Source of the DNA: an uncultured Fimbriimonadaceae bacterium
Lineage (GTDB): Bacteria; Armatimonadota; UBA10988
DNA length: 64,000 nt
Assembly (NCBI GenBank): GCA_964531735.1
Contig: CAZHGD010000005.1
Location: 4,095-68,094 of the forward strand
Direction: 5' to 3'
The position numbers were made by a program, and so were the translations under genes. Positions within the stretch are counted from its first letter, which is position 1. Each line of letters opens with the position of its first letter. Below are positions 28,821 to 39,400 of the stretch, piece after piece. The notes beneath the pieces were generated by a model. That model made no database searches. It was given only the letters and a program-made list of their open reading frames with translations, and had not been told where the DNA came from.

Positions 28821-29720
28821 ATGGGCCTCGTCTACGCCGCCGTCCTGCCGCACGGACCGGGTGTCATCGCCGAGCTGGCCGCCGACCCCGCGGTCATGGC
28901 CGCGACGCGCGACGCCATGACCGTGGCCGGTGGGCGGTTCGCCGCGGCACGGCCGGACGTGGTCCTGCTGCTCGATCCCCACTCGGTGCACGAGGCGCAG
29001 GGCGTCGCCCTGGCCGAGGTCCGCGAAGGCCGGCCGACGGCCTTCCCGAACCTGGGCTCAAGGCACATCGCCGTCTGCACGGCCAGCCGCGCCGGCGGTA
29101 CCATGGGGGGTGCCGGTGGCGGCTCGGTCACGGACACCTACGCTGGCGCTCCGGGCTTGGCCGCGGAGATTCTGGCGGCGGGGGCCGGCCTGCCGGTGGT
29201 CGCCGAGCCCGGCGGCGACGGCGGCCTGCGCCTCGCCGGCGGCGCACTCATCCCCCTTTGGTTCACGCTTCGGATGCTACCCGAGCCACGTCCGCCGCTG
29301 CTGGTGATCGACGCCGGTCCGGCGGTGGCGCGGACCGACCTGTGGCGCTTCGGTGCTGTGCTGACCGAGTGGGCGGAGCGGTCAGGTCAGCGCGTGGCCC
29401 TGCTGGCCTCGGCCGATCAGGGCCATACCCACGACCCGGGGCACGAGCGCTTCGGCTACTCGCCCGCCGCCGCCGAGCACGACCGCTGGTACTGCGCAGC
29501 CATCCGCGACCAACGCCTCGACCGCCTGCTGTCGGTGGCCGACGACCTGCTCCGCGGCTCGTGGTCGGATTCGCTTTGGCAGACGCTGATCCTCGCCGGC
29601 GCGGTCGAGGCGGCGGGCCTGCACGGCGATCTGCTGTCCTACGCCGTGCCGACCTACTACGGCCTGGCGGTGGCGGTGTATGACGACGCTGAGTGGTCCA
29701 ATCGGGGACAGTATACTTAA
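28821..29720 (+). CDS. LigB/DODA-type (class III extradiol dioxygenase-like) family protein. The assignment is tentative.
   Basis: VLPHGPGV and LLLDPHSVHE resemble the His-containing motifs of Extradiol_dioxy proteins. The last six codons and the TAA stop lie inside palindromic element copy B. Confidence 0.55.
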   Translation: MGLVYAAVLPHGPGVIAELAADPAVMAATRDAMTVAGGRFAAARPDVVLLLDPHSVHEAQGVALAEVREGRPTAFPNLGSRHIAVCTASRAGGTMGGAGGGSVTDTYAGAPGLAAEILAAGAGLPVVAEPGGDGGLRLAGGALIPLWFTLRMLPEPRPPLLVIDAGPAVARTDLWRFGAVLTEWAERSGQRVALLASADQGHTHDPGHERFGYSPAAAEHDRWYCAAIRDQRLDRLLSVADDLLRGSWSDSLWQTLILAGAVEAAGLHGDLLSYAVPTYYGLAVAVYDDAEWSNRGQYT

Positions 29721-29753
29721 CCGCGCCGGCAGTTACGTATACTGTCCCCAATC
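29701..29753. repeat. conserved palindromic element, copy B: ATCGGGGACAGTATACTTAA - CCGCGCCGGCAG - TTACGTATACTGTCCCCAATC
   Basis: The same GGGGACAGTATAC(T/G)TAA arms as copy A with a different loop. The left arm supplies the C-terminal codons and stop of the LigB-like CDS. It lies about 65 bp downstream of the DUF1559 paralog 3 stop codon. Confidence 0.5.
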
Positions 29754-29816
29754 AACTCGCGGCTTCGCCGGTACTCAGGCCAGGCCGGCGTGTGGTCAGC
29801 AACCAGCCTGGTGCGT

Positions 29817-30503
<687 letters not shown>

Positions 30504-30715
30504 GACTGCACTCCTTCCATGCTGTCACGGCACGATGTCACACCCAAGCCCCGTCCTGCGAGTTCACCATTGTGCGCACGGTATTCCGGCGCTGTCTACC
30601 GGTTACCTGCCCGGGACGCCACGATTTCGACACCTTTGTACGTGCCGTGCCGCATCTGAGCCGACGGGAGGATCCCCAGGCCGGCAACCGAACGCCGTGG
30701 GCAGGAGACTGGGCC

Positions 30716-32875
30716 ATGCCCGACTGCCTGCCCGGCACCGCACTGCTCGACGGCAACAGCGATCGCGCCACTGAGATGGTCGCGGGCATCGACCGCTACC
30801 TGTTGCGCGCCCTGGCCGCATCGGTCGCCGAGCGGCGCGGTGACCTGCCGCTCGCGGAGCGGCGAGCGAAGCTCCGGCGCATCGTCGGCGCGGCCGACGC
30901 GCGCGTACCGGTGGCCATGGAGTACGTCGCGCCGGTCGGCGCGGCCGAGCCCGGGCTGGTCGGCGTCGGCGCCGGCTACCGGGCCCAGGCCGTGCGGTGG
31001 GCCGTCTTCGGCGAACTGGCGGCCGAGGGCCTGCTGCTGGTGCCCGACGGCACGCCGGTGGCCGATGTGATCGCCCTGGGCGATTGCGCCCAGACGCCCG
31101 AGCTGGTGGCCGGCGCCTGGGCCCGCCGGTTGGCCGAATCGGGTTGCCGGGTGCTGATCCCGACGCTGGTCGACCGTGAGACCGGTCTGGCGGGTGTGCC
31201 TGGCGGCCGCGTGGCCGCGGTGCCGCACCGCGAGTTCATCTACCGCGCCGCCTACGAAATGGGCCGGCACCTCATCGGCATCGAGCTCCAGGCGGTGTTC
31301 GCGGCCATCGACTGGCTGAGCGCCGCTGCGGCGCGGCCGCTCGGTCTGGCGGGCTGGGGCGAAGGCGCCTGGCTCGGGCTGTTTGCCGCCGCGCTCGACG
31401 AGCGGCTCCAGGCCACCTGGCTCAGCGGGCACTTCGGGCCGCGCGAGACACTGTGGCAACAGCCCATCGACCGCAACGTGTGGTCGTTGCTGAAGCACTT
31501 CGGCGACGCTGAGCTGGCGGCGATGGTCGCGCCGCGCACGCTGGTGATCGAGGCGGCGCGGGCGGCGGAGCTGGTTGGCCGGCCCTACTCGGGCACCGCG
31601 CAGGGCCCGACGCCCGGCGACATCGCCACCCCACCGCTGGCGACGGTGCAGGCCGAGGTCGCGCGTGCCGCGGCGCTCTACCCCGGCTGGTCGCCGCTGC
31701 TGTGTGGTGACGGCGCGGGTGAACCCGGTGGCGACGCCTCGCTGGCGGCGCTGGTGGGGGCGCTGGGCGGCAGGCTGGCGCCGGACAGCGGGACGGCACT
31801 GGAACTGGTCGGCGGCGCGCCCGACGCCGCCGAGCGTCAGCGGCGGCTGGTCACGCAGGCCATCGCGCTCACACAGCGCTGGCTGGACGAAGGCGAGGCG
31901 CGACGCGCCGAGCTGTGGGCCAAGGCCGAGGCCGACGCGGGCTCGGTCGACTCCTTCGTGGTCGCCGCGCGCGCCTACCGCGAGCACTTCCATCGCGAGG
32001 TGATCGGCGCGCTGCCCGAGCCGACGATGCCAGCCAACCCGCGCTCACGCCGGCTGTACGAAGCCGAGCGATACACGGCTTGGGAAGTGCAGCTCGACGT
32101 CTTTGACGACGTGTTCGCCTACGGCATTCTGTTGGTGCCCAAGGACCTGCGGCCGGGCGAACGGCGGCCGGTGGTGGTCACGCAGCACGGGCTGGAAGGG
32201 CTGGCCGAGCACGCCGCGATGGTCCGTGACGACCCGGCCTACCGCGGCTTCGGCTGCAAGCTGGCCGAGCGGGGCTTCGTGGTCTTTGCGCCGCAAAACC
32301 CCTACCGCGGGTTCGATCTCTTCCGCACGCTCCAGCGCAAGGCCAACCCGCTCGGGCTGAGCCTGTTCTCGTTCATCGTTCGCCAGCATGAACGGATCGT
32401 CGCCTGGCTGGGCGAGCAACCGTTTGTCGATGCGGCTCGGATCGGCTTCTACGGCATCAGCTACGGCGGCAAGACGGCCATGCGGGTGCCGGCCATCGTC
32501 GAGGGCTACGCGCTCTCGATCTGCTCGGCCGACTACAACGAATGGGTGCGCAAGAACGCCTGGGTCCGCTATGGCGCCGGCTACCTCTGGGCCAACGAGT
32601 ATGAGATGTTCGAATTCGACCTGGGCAACACCTACAACTACGCCGAGATGAGCTGGCTGATCTTCCCGCGCCCGTTCATGGTCGAGCGCGGCCACCACGA
32701 CGGCGTGGCCACCGATGACTGGGTGGGCTACGAGTACGCCAAGACGTTCCGGCGCTACAACCTGCTCGGCCTGCCCGACCGCTGCGAGATCGAGTGGTTC
32801 GACGGCCCGCACACGATCAACGGGCAGGGCAGCTACCAGTTCCTGCACCGGTGGCTCGACTGGCCGGAGCGGTAG
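30716..32875 (+). CDS. cytoplasmic two-domain protein: an N-terminal region of unknown function and a C-terminal alpha/beta-hydrolase (dienelactone-hydrolase/esterase-like)
   Basis: The start was refined to MPDCLPG, with AGGAGA 7 nt upstream. FYGISYGG nucleophile elbow and a C-terminal GHHDG. The 48-codon extension to the GTG at 30572 is unlikely. Confidence 0.7.
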   Translation: MPDCLPGTALLDGNSDRATEMVAGIDRYLLRALAASVAERRGDLPLAERRAKLRRIVGAADARVPVAMEYVAPVGAAEPGLVGVGAGYRAQAVRWAVFGELAAEGLLLVPDGTPVADVIALGDCAQTPELVAGAWARRLAESGCRVLIPTLVDRETGLAGVPGGRVAAVPHREFIYRAAYEMGRHLIGIELQAVFAAIDWLSAAAARPLGLAGWGEGAWLGLFAAALDERLQATWLSGHFGPRETLWQQPIDRNVWSLLKHFGDAELAAMVAPRTLVIEAARAAELVGRPYSGTAQGPTPGDIATPPLATVQAEVARAAALYPGWSPLLCGDGAGEPGGDASLAALVGALGGRLAPDSGTALELVGGAPDAAERQRRLVTQAIALTQRWLDEGEARRAELWAKAEADAGSVDSFVVAARAYREHFHREVIGALPEPTMPANPRSRRLYEAERYTAWEVQLDVFDDVFAYGILLVPKDLRPGERRPVVVTQHGLEGLAEHAAMVRDDPAYRGFGCKLAERGFVVFAPQNPYRGFDLFRTLQRKANPLGLSLFSFIVRQHERIVAWLGEQPFVDAARIGFYGISYGGKTAMRVPAIVEGYALSICSADYNEWVRKNAWVRYGAGYLWANEYEMFEFDLGNTYNYAEMSWLIFPRPFMVERGHHDGVATDDWVGYEYAKTFRRYNLLGLPDRCEIEWFDGPHTINGQGSYQFLHRWLDWPER

Positions 32876-32896
32876 GCTGCCGCCCGGCGGGTCACC

Positions 32897-33550
32897 TCAG
32901 TAGGGCAGCCAGAGCACGGTGCTGAAGTCGGCCTGCTGGGTGGTCAGCTTGGTGATCTCGAACCACTTGGCATGGCCGTCCACGAACACCGAGTTGGCGC
33001 CGTTGTTGTGCCGCGGGTTGGCGGTGTCGGTGTACAGCGTGCCGCTGGTAGGCACTGCCGCACCGTCGGGCCAGGCCCAGTCATCGGCCCAGTGGCCCAG
33101 CGTGGCATTGTTGCCGGTCAGCGGCGGGAAGCGCACCCACGGATCGTTGTTGAGCGCGCGGCCCTTGCCGTTGTCGACCACCATGATGCACTGGGCCGGC
33201 ACGGTCACCGTGGCCAAGGCCAGCGTGCCGGCGTTGAACACGCCGGTGTAGTTCACGCCATAGGTGGTCAGGTTGCTCGACGGGCAGGTGTAGACCTGGT
33301 TGTTCTTGACATACGGCTGGGCCACCACCAGCACCCCGAGGTTCGAGACGTTGTACACCGGGAACAGCTCGTCGTAGTCCTGCAGGTACTGGAGCAGACT
33401 CAGGCCGATCTGCTTGACGTTGCTGGAGCAACTGGATTGCCGGGCCTTCTCGCGCGCTTTGGCGAACACCGGAAACAGAATTGCGGCCAGAATCGCAATG
33501 ATGGCGATCACCACCAGCAGCTCGATCAGAGTGAAGGCATGTCTGCGCAT
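32897..33550 (-). CDS. DUF1559 / H-X9-DG prepilin-like protein (paralog 4)
   Basis: [47 protein letters not shown] and [16 protein letters not shown]. The ATG at 33550 was verified. The upstream Trp/Arg-rich extension is an artefact. Confidence 0.85.
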   Translation of the reverse strand: MRRHAFTLIELLVVIAIIAILAAILFPVFAKAREKARQSSCSSNVKQIGLSLLQYLQDYDELFPVYNVSNLGVLVVAQPYVKNNQVYTCPSSNLTTYGVNYTGVFNAGTLALATVTVPAQCIMVVDNGKGRALNNDPWVRFPPLTGNNATLGHWADDWAWPDGAAVPTSGTLYTDTANPRHNNGANSVFVDGHAKWFEITKLTTQQADFSTVLWLPY

Positions 33551-33915
33551 CTGTCGATCTCCCACTGCCATCGTAGGCGACGCGCGGTGGTCGGCGCAAG
33601 TCCAACACGGCGCCCATGTGGCCGCACGCCAGTTCGGCCACGCCAGGCGGGCCGGGGAAGTCGGCCGCCACCTGCTCGGTCTGGGTGCCCACCACGGCCA
33701 CCAGACCGACCGGCCAGAAGCCGCCGCCCGCGATGACATCGACCAGGCCGCCGGCCAGCAGGCGAGCGAGCCACCGCGCCGCTCCGTTTTCGGGACGGTG
33801 AACGCTTCGTGTCGGTTACGCGAAGGCTTTACGGACGCGACACCGCTGCGAAATGAAGCGGTCCTAGCCTGTCTACGAGGCCGCCCCGAGCCGTGGTGGC
33901 CTGAGGAGGCAGAAG

Positions 33916-35223
33916 GTGAACAGGCTACTGCGAGCCACGCTGGGCGCCCTGGCGGTGGCGATGCTGGCGTCGCCCGCGCTGGCGCAGAGCGGGCCGGCCG
34001 CCGGCACCAAGATCGATAGCGGAGATACCGCCTGGCTGCTGGTCAGCACCGCCATGGTGATGCTGATGACGCCGGGTCTGGCGTTGTTCTATGCCGGCAT
34101 GGTGCGCCGCAAGAACGTCCTCGGCACGCTGATGCACAGCTTTATCGCGGTGGCCGTGGTCGGCGTCATGTGGGTCGTGGTGGGCTACTCGCTGGCCTTC
34201 GGCAAGGGCGGCGCGTACCTGGGTGACCTCAGCCTGCTGGGCCTGGCCGGCGTGGGTCAGGAGCCGTGTGACTACGCCAAGACGGTGCCGGCGCTCGCGT
34301 TCATGATGTACCAGGGCATGTTCGCGATCATCACGCCGGCGCTGATCTCCGGGGCCGTGGCCGAACGGATGCGGTTCGGCGCCTACGTGCTGTTCATCGG
34401 CCTGTGGTCGCTGCTGGTCTACTGCCCGGTGGCGCACTGGGTCTGGGGCGGTGGCTGGCTGCAACAGATGGGCGCACTCGACTTCGCCGGCGGCAATGTG
34501 GTGCACGTCAGCTCGGGCATCTCGGCGCTGACGCTCTGTGTCCTGCTCGGCCGCCGCAGCAACGCCGACGAGGACATCCCGGCGCCGCACAACCTGACGC
34601 TGACCGTCATCGGCGCCGGCATCCTGTGGTTCGGGTGGTTCGGGTTCAACGGCGGCAGCGCGCTGGCCTCGAACGGTCTGGCCGCGCTGGCCTTTGTCAA
34701 CACCAACACCGCGGCGGCGGCAGCCACGCTGGGCTGGCTGCTGGTGGAGTACCTGCGGCACGGCCGCCCGACGGTGCTCGGCGCGGTGTCGGGCGCGGTG
34801 GCCGGCCTGGTCTCCATCACGCCGGCCGCCGGTTTCGTCACGCCGATGGCGGCGCTGGCCATCGGCCTGCTGGGCGGCGCCATCTGCTTCACCGCGGTGG
34901 AACTGAAGGGCCGGCTCGGCTATGACGACTCGCTGGACGCGTTCGGCGTCCACGGGGTCGGTGGCTCGTGGGGCGCGTTGGCGACCGGGCTGTTCGCCAT
35001 CAAAGCGGTCAACGACGCCGGCAACAACGGGCTGTTCGCCGGCCACCCCGGTCAGTTCGCGGTGCAGGCCATCTCGGTCGCGGGCACCGCCGTCTACGCC
35101 GCGGTGATGACGGTGATCATCGTCAAGGTGCTCGGCGCGCTGATGCCGTTGCGGCTGGAAGGCGAAGAGGAACTGGACGGTATGGACCTCGTGCTGCACG
35201 ACGAGGTGGGTTACCGGCTGTAG
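33916..35223 (+). CDS. amt: ammonium transporter (Amt/MEP family) with a cleavable signal peptide
   Basis: GTG start with GAGGAGG 5 nt upstream. Multi-TM protein with Amt motifs (DFAGG, GAxSGAVAG, FGVHG). No glnK/PII gene is adjacent. Confidence 0.9.
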   Translation: MNRLLRATLGALAVAMLASPALAQSGPAAGTKIDSGDTAWLLVSTAMVMLMTPGLALFYAGMVRRKNVLGTLMHSFIAVAVVGVMWVVVGYSLAFGKGGAYLGDLSLLGLAGVGQEPCDYAKTVPALAFMMYQGMFAIITPALISGAVAERMRFGAYVLFIGLWSLLVYCPVAHWVWGGGWLQQMGALDFAGGNVVHVSSGISALTLCVLLGRRSNADEDIPAPHNLTLTVIGAGILWFGWFGFNGGSALASNGLAALAFVNTNTAAAAATLGWLLVEYLRHGRPTVLGAVSGAVAGLVSITPAAGFVTPMAALAIGLLGGAICFTAVELKGRLGYDDSLDAFGVHGVGGSWGALATGLFAIKAVNDAGNNGLFAGHPGQFAVQAISVAGTAVYAAVMTVIIVKVLGALMPLRLEGEEELDGMDLVLHDEVGYRL

Positions 35224-35299
35224 CGGCGGGGCGGGTGACAACGCAGCGCGGGGCGGTCACCTGGACCACCCCGCGCTACGGGTTCGGGTGCACCGGCCG

Positions 35300-36472
35300 C
35301 TACGGCGCGTTGAGCGCGGCCATCATCTTCAGCTTCCAGATGAGGTCCGTCGAGCCCGCGAGCAGCATGCCCAGATCGGCTTCGGCCCGCCAGTCGCCGC
35401 CGGCGGCTTTGGCCTTCAGCGTGGCGGCGCGGGCCATCAGGTCCACGGCCTGCGGCCGGTAGGTGGCCGCGTCGTCACCCGCCTGGGCCAGCAGTTGCTC
35501 GGTCTCCGCCTTGAACGCCGCCGGGTCGAACCGGGCGATGGACTGCGGGCGGAAGTCGGTCTCGCGCAGGCGGGCCACATCGGCCGCGCCGTGCGCGGCG
35601 AAGTAGTCCAGCGCCTTGGCGTTCGGCGAGCCGGTGAAGTCGTAGACGGCCAGGCGGCCCTGACCGGCGGCCGGATCGAAGTGGAACGAGCTGACCACGG
35701 CATAGCCGCCGATGTCGATCCGGCCGCCCTTGAGGCCCTCGGGCGCCACCAGCGCCGCGCACGGACCGTCGCCTTCACCCTTGGCCGGGTCGAAGACCGT
35801 GTCGTAGTAGCACAACCAGTTGTCCTGGTCCGGCACGATTTGGAGCGGCTCGCCTTCCTTCTTGTCCACGCGCGGCGTGCGGACATGCCGATCGCCCTGG
35901 CGGTGCCGCGCGGCGGTGAAGAAGCTCGGGTAGCAGGTCAGCTTGACGGTCACCGACTTGAGCGTCACGCCGGGCTTCGGCCGCCAGGTGACCAGCATCT
36001 GCACGTGGTTGGCGTCGGCTGGCAGCACCAGGCGCAGGCCCACCTCGGCGTCGGGATGAGCGAACAGCGCCTGGAAGCCGCCGCGGCCGCCGCTCTCGTA
36101 CGGCCGCATCTCGATCTGCCGGTGGGCCAGGGCGTCCTTGCCGTTGATCATCACCGACAGGAAGCCGCCCCAGTACCAGTTGGCCGGCGTCGGGTCGGGC
36201 ATGCCGAAGTTGCCCTCGGCGCACGGCCGCTCCTCACCGTGTGAGGGGTCGACGCAACCAGCGTACCGGAAGCCGTAGCGCACCGAGCCGTTGGCCAGGC
36301 TGATCAGGTGCAGCGCCCGCTTGTGCCCCGACCTGCACTCGAAGGTCACCGGCGCCACCTGCTCGCCCTGGTCCAGCACCGTGACGGTGGCGTCTTCGGC
36401 CAGCAGCGGCCACGCCGCCAGCAGTCCGCCGAGCACCGCGAGCCGGACACCGAGTCTGCTCTGCTTGAGCAT
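35300..36472 (-). CDS. secreted hypothetical protein (391 aa)
   Basis: The start was refined to MLKQSRLGVRLAVLGGLLAAWPLLA (signal peptide), with AGGAGG 7 nt upstream. The 169-codon Arg/Gly-rich upstream extension was rejected. Confidence 0.65.
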   Translation of the reverse strand: MLKQSRLGVRLAVLGGLLAAWPLLAEDATVTVLDQGEQVAPVTFECRSGHKRALHLISLANGSVRYGFRYAGCVDPSHGEERPCAEGNFGMPDPTPANWYWGGFLSVMINGKDALAHRQIEMRPYESGGRGGFQALFAHPDAEVGLRLVLPADANHVQMLVTWRPKPGVTLKSVTVKLTCYPSFFTAARHRQGDRHVRTPRVDKKEGEPLQIVPDQDNWLCYYDTVFDPAKGEGDGPCAALVAPEGLKGGRIDIGGYAVVSSFHFDPAAGQGRLAVYDFTGSPNAKALDYFAAHGAADVARLRETDFRPQSIARFDPAAFKAETEQLLAQAGDDAATYRPQAVDLMARAATLKAKAAGGDWRAEADLGMLLAGSTDLIWKLKMMAALNAP

Positions 36473-36498
36473 CGCCGTTCCTCCTGACGACTGCGCCG

Positions 36499-39400
36499 TC
36501 AGCGCACGGTCCACGTGGCCTCGGCCGAGCGGCCGCTGAACAGCTCGGTCGCGGTGAGCCGCCACCGGCCGGGCTGGTCGTTGTGCGCCACCGGCACGCG
36601 CACCTCGCCGGTGCCGTTCTTCAGTAGCAGCGTCTGCCGGCCCCACAGCGGTTGCCGGCCGGCCGGATCGGTGACCGTCACCCAGACCGCGTGCTGTTCG
36701 CCGCCGCCGGCCGGCACCCGCAGCTTGAGGCCGGCGGTGACCGTGGTGCCCACCGCCGGCTGCGCGCTGCTCAGGCTCAGGTCGAGGCCCTGGATCGCGT
36801 AAGGCAGCGCCAGGTAGAAGCTCGCCCGGCCCCAGCGCAGGCTGGTGTCGATGGTGCGCACCTGGCCGAGGTAGCGCCCGCCGCGCAGGTCGTAGACGTG
36901 CATCGGCGCCGGCAGCGTGACGCGCGCCGGCACCGGCTCGCCGGCCACCGTGCCCGACGCCGGGCTGAACCAGGCGCACTGCATCTGCCGCCAGAGCCCG
37001 AACATCAGGCCCTGGCCGTTGCGCCAGACACGGGTCTCGACCAGCGGCAACGGGCCGCCGTCGGGCGCCGTGGCCTTGATCGGGCTCTTCACCTGGGCCA
37101 GGTCATAGACGAACCGCCAGACCTTGCGCAGCGCGATGGTGTCCGGATCGTCCGGCTTCGGTGCCGGTGCCTGCCAGTTGAGCAGCAGCGCCTGCCCGGC
37201 GCCGACCTTGTTGACCAGGAACAGCGGCGTCTGACCGGCCTTGCTCAGCGCCGTCGCGCCGGCCGCCGCCACGCCGCCGTCGACGTGCGCTTCCTTCACC
37301 TGCAGGTCGAGCTTGGCGCCCTGGGTGGCGATCTTGTCGCTCAGCGCGGTTCGGGTCGCCTTGACCGCGGGCTTGTGCTTGATGCCGAACAGGTCGTCCA
37401 ACATGCCGGCGGGCACCGGCTTGCAGTGGCCGTCGAACACGCCGGGCCGCACATCGGCCACCACCGTGCCGCCGGCCTCGACAAACTGCCGGATCGCCTT
37501 GGCATCGGACGGCGTGAGCGCCTGGCACTTCGGCAGCACCAGGATGTTGAACTCCTGGCGCGTCAGCGCGCCGCGCGCCAGCATGTCGCTGGTCAGGTAG
37601 CGAAAGTCGAGACCCAGGTCGTAAGTGAGCTGGGTGAAGGTGTTGTGGGTGACCTCGGGGGTCAGGAAGTCGAGGCCGGGCTCGATCTTGTCGGCCAGGG
37701 CCGACGCCACCGAGTAGTAGACCGCGATGCCGCTGTGCGCCACCGGGTTGGCGATCACCAGGTCGCCCAGCCCGTGCCGCACCGGCTCCATCTCGCGGGT
37801 GACCTCGGCGGTGGCCGGCCAGAAGCTCAGCGTCGGCGTCAGGTAGCCGCGCCAACTGCCCACGCCCGACCACATCCAGTACCAGGCGCTGTCCATGCCC
37901 TTCATGACCATGCGCCACGGCGCGTCGGACAGGGCATCGGCGGTCTTCGAGTAGCCGAACCAGTTGGAGCGGATCAGCGAGCGCGGCGCCACCGACCGCA
38001 CCAGGTCGTCGCCGATGCTCGGGTACGGGCCGTAGAACGTGTTGACGTTGCACAGGCCGTCGTAGTCGTCACCGAAGCCGCCGGTGCCCTCGAAACCGCA
38101 GATGGCCTCCGGGTCGATACGCAGGTAGTCCTCGCGGAAGCGCCCGGCGAACTGCATCAGGTTGTAGCGCGCGAACGCCTGCCGGTCGTACCAGCGCGCC
38201 GGCGACTTGGGCAGGGCGCCGTTCTCCATGTTGTCCTTGTGGTCGAGCAGGTCCACTTCGCCGAACGACCCGTAGGTGCTGCCCCACGAGGCGTTGAGCT
38301 GGCCGATGTCACCATACTGCTTCTGCAGCCAGCGGCGGTAGGCGGCGAGGCAGTCGGGATGCACGCAGCAGCCCAGCGTGACGCCTTCGTCGCCCAGCGA
38401 GTAGGTGAACACGCCGGTCTCGCGGAGCTGGCGCTGGTTGTTGACGATCTTCTGGACGTGGTTGGTGACGTCCGGCTCGTGGTTCCAGCAGACCGGCAGC
38501 ATGTGGCCTTGAGGGTTCTTGTCGTCCAGGATGCGCGTGCTGTAGGGCACCAACGAGATATCGCAGGCCTTGAGCACCGCGGGCGTCGGGCGCTCACCGA
38601 AGCTGCCGAGCAGGCAGGTGTTGTAGCCGGCCAGTTGCATCTGCCGCTGCGCCCAGTAGCCGAGCACGTCCGTCGGCGTGTCCCACATGACGAAGTTGTG
38701 CTGCCCGCGCCGGCGCTTCGGCACGGTGAACGAGGCGTCCTTGAGCTCGAGTTCCTGGCCGCCGGCCAAGAGCACGGCCTCGACACGCATCAGGATGGTG
38801 GCGAACTCGTCGGCACGGTAGTCGAACTCGCTGGCGGCCGCCGCCAGCTGATCGCGCTGGAGCAGCACGCGGTCCCAGGAGTCGCGGAAGCGCAAGCGCA
38901 GCACAGCGCCCGCCGGCGGCGCGCCGCGTAGCGTCACCTTGCCATGGATGGTCCGGCCACGCTCGACGTAGCGCTCGTCGAGCGTCACCTGGTCGATGCC
39001 GGCGGCGCTGGTGATGGTCAGGTTGCCGGCGCCGCAGGCTTCCACGCCGCGGTCGCTGCGCACCACGGCATCGACGAAGTAGTCACCGGCACGCAGGTTG
39101 GCCGGCAGTCCGAGCGGCAGGTTGGTCACCGTGTTGGCGGGAATCGTGACGGTCTTGTCGCCCAGCCGCGTCGTCTGTCCGTCGTGGACGCGCCGAAGCT
39201 CCAGGGCCACGGTCACCTGGCGCGGCGCCGGGCCGAAGTTGCCCACCAGCGCCTGCTTCGCGCCCGGCTGGTCCGGCACCAGTTGCGGGCCGCCGACGGT
39301 GGTGGTCACGGCCAGGTCGCCCAGCCGATTGGCCGCCCAGAGCGCGGCGCGCCCGACGATGAGCTGCCGGTAGTCGTACTCGGCCAGCGCGCGGTAGCTG

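Noticed and set aside
27700-29760. The two palindromic elements as plain rho-independent terminators
   Set aside because: The stems are AT-rich with identical arm sequences but different loops, and no U-tract follows on either strand. Sequence conservation points to a specific repeat or binding element. Terminator function is not excluded.
36652-38931. 759-aa plus-strand ORF inside the GH42-like gene
   Set aside because: Arg/Ala/Gly-rich antisense shadow of a gene with clear GH42-like motifs and a signal peptide.
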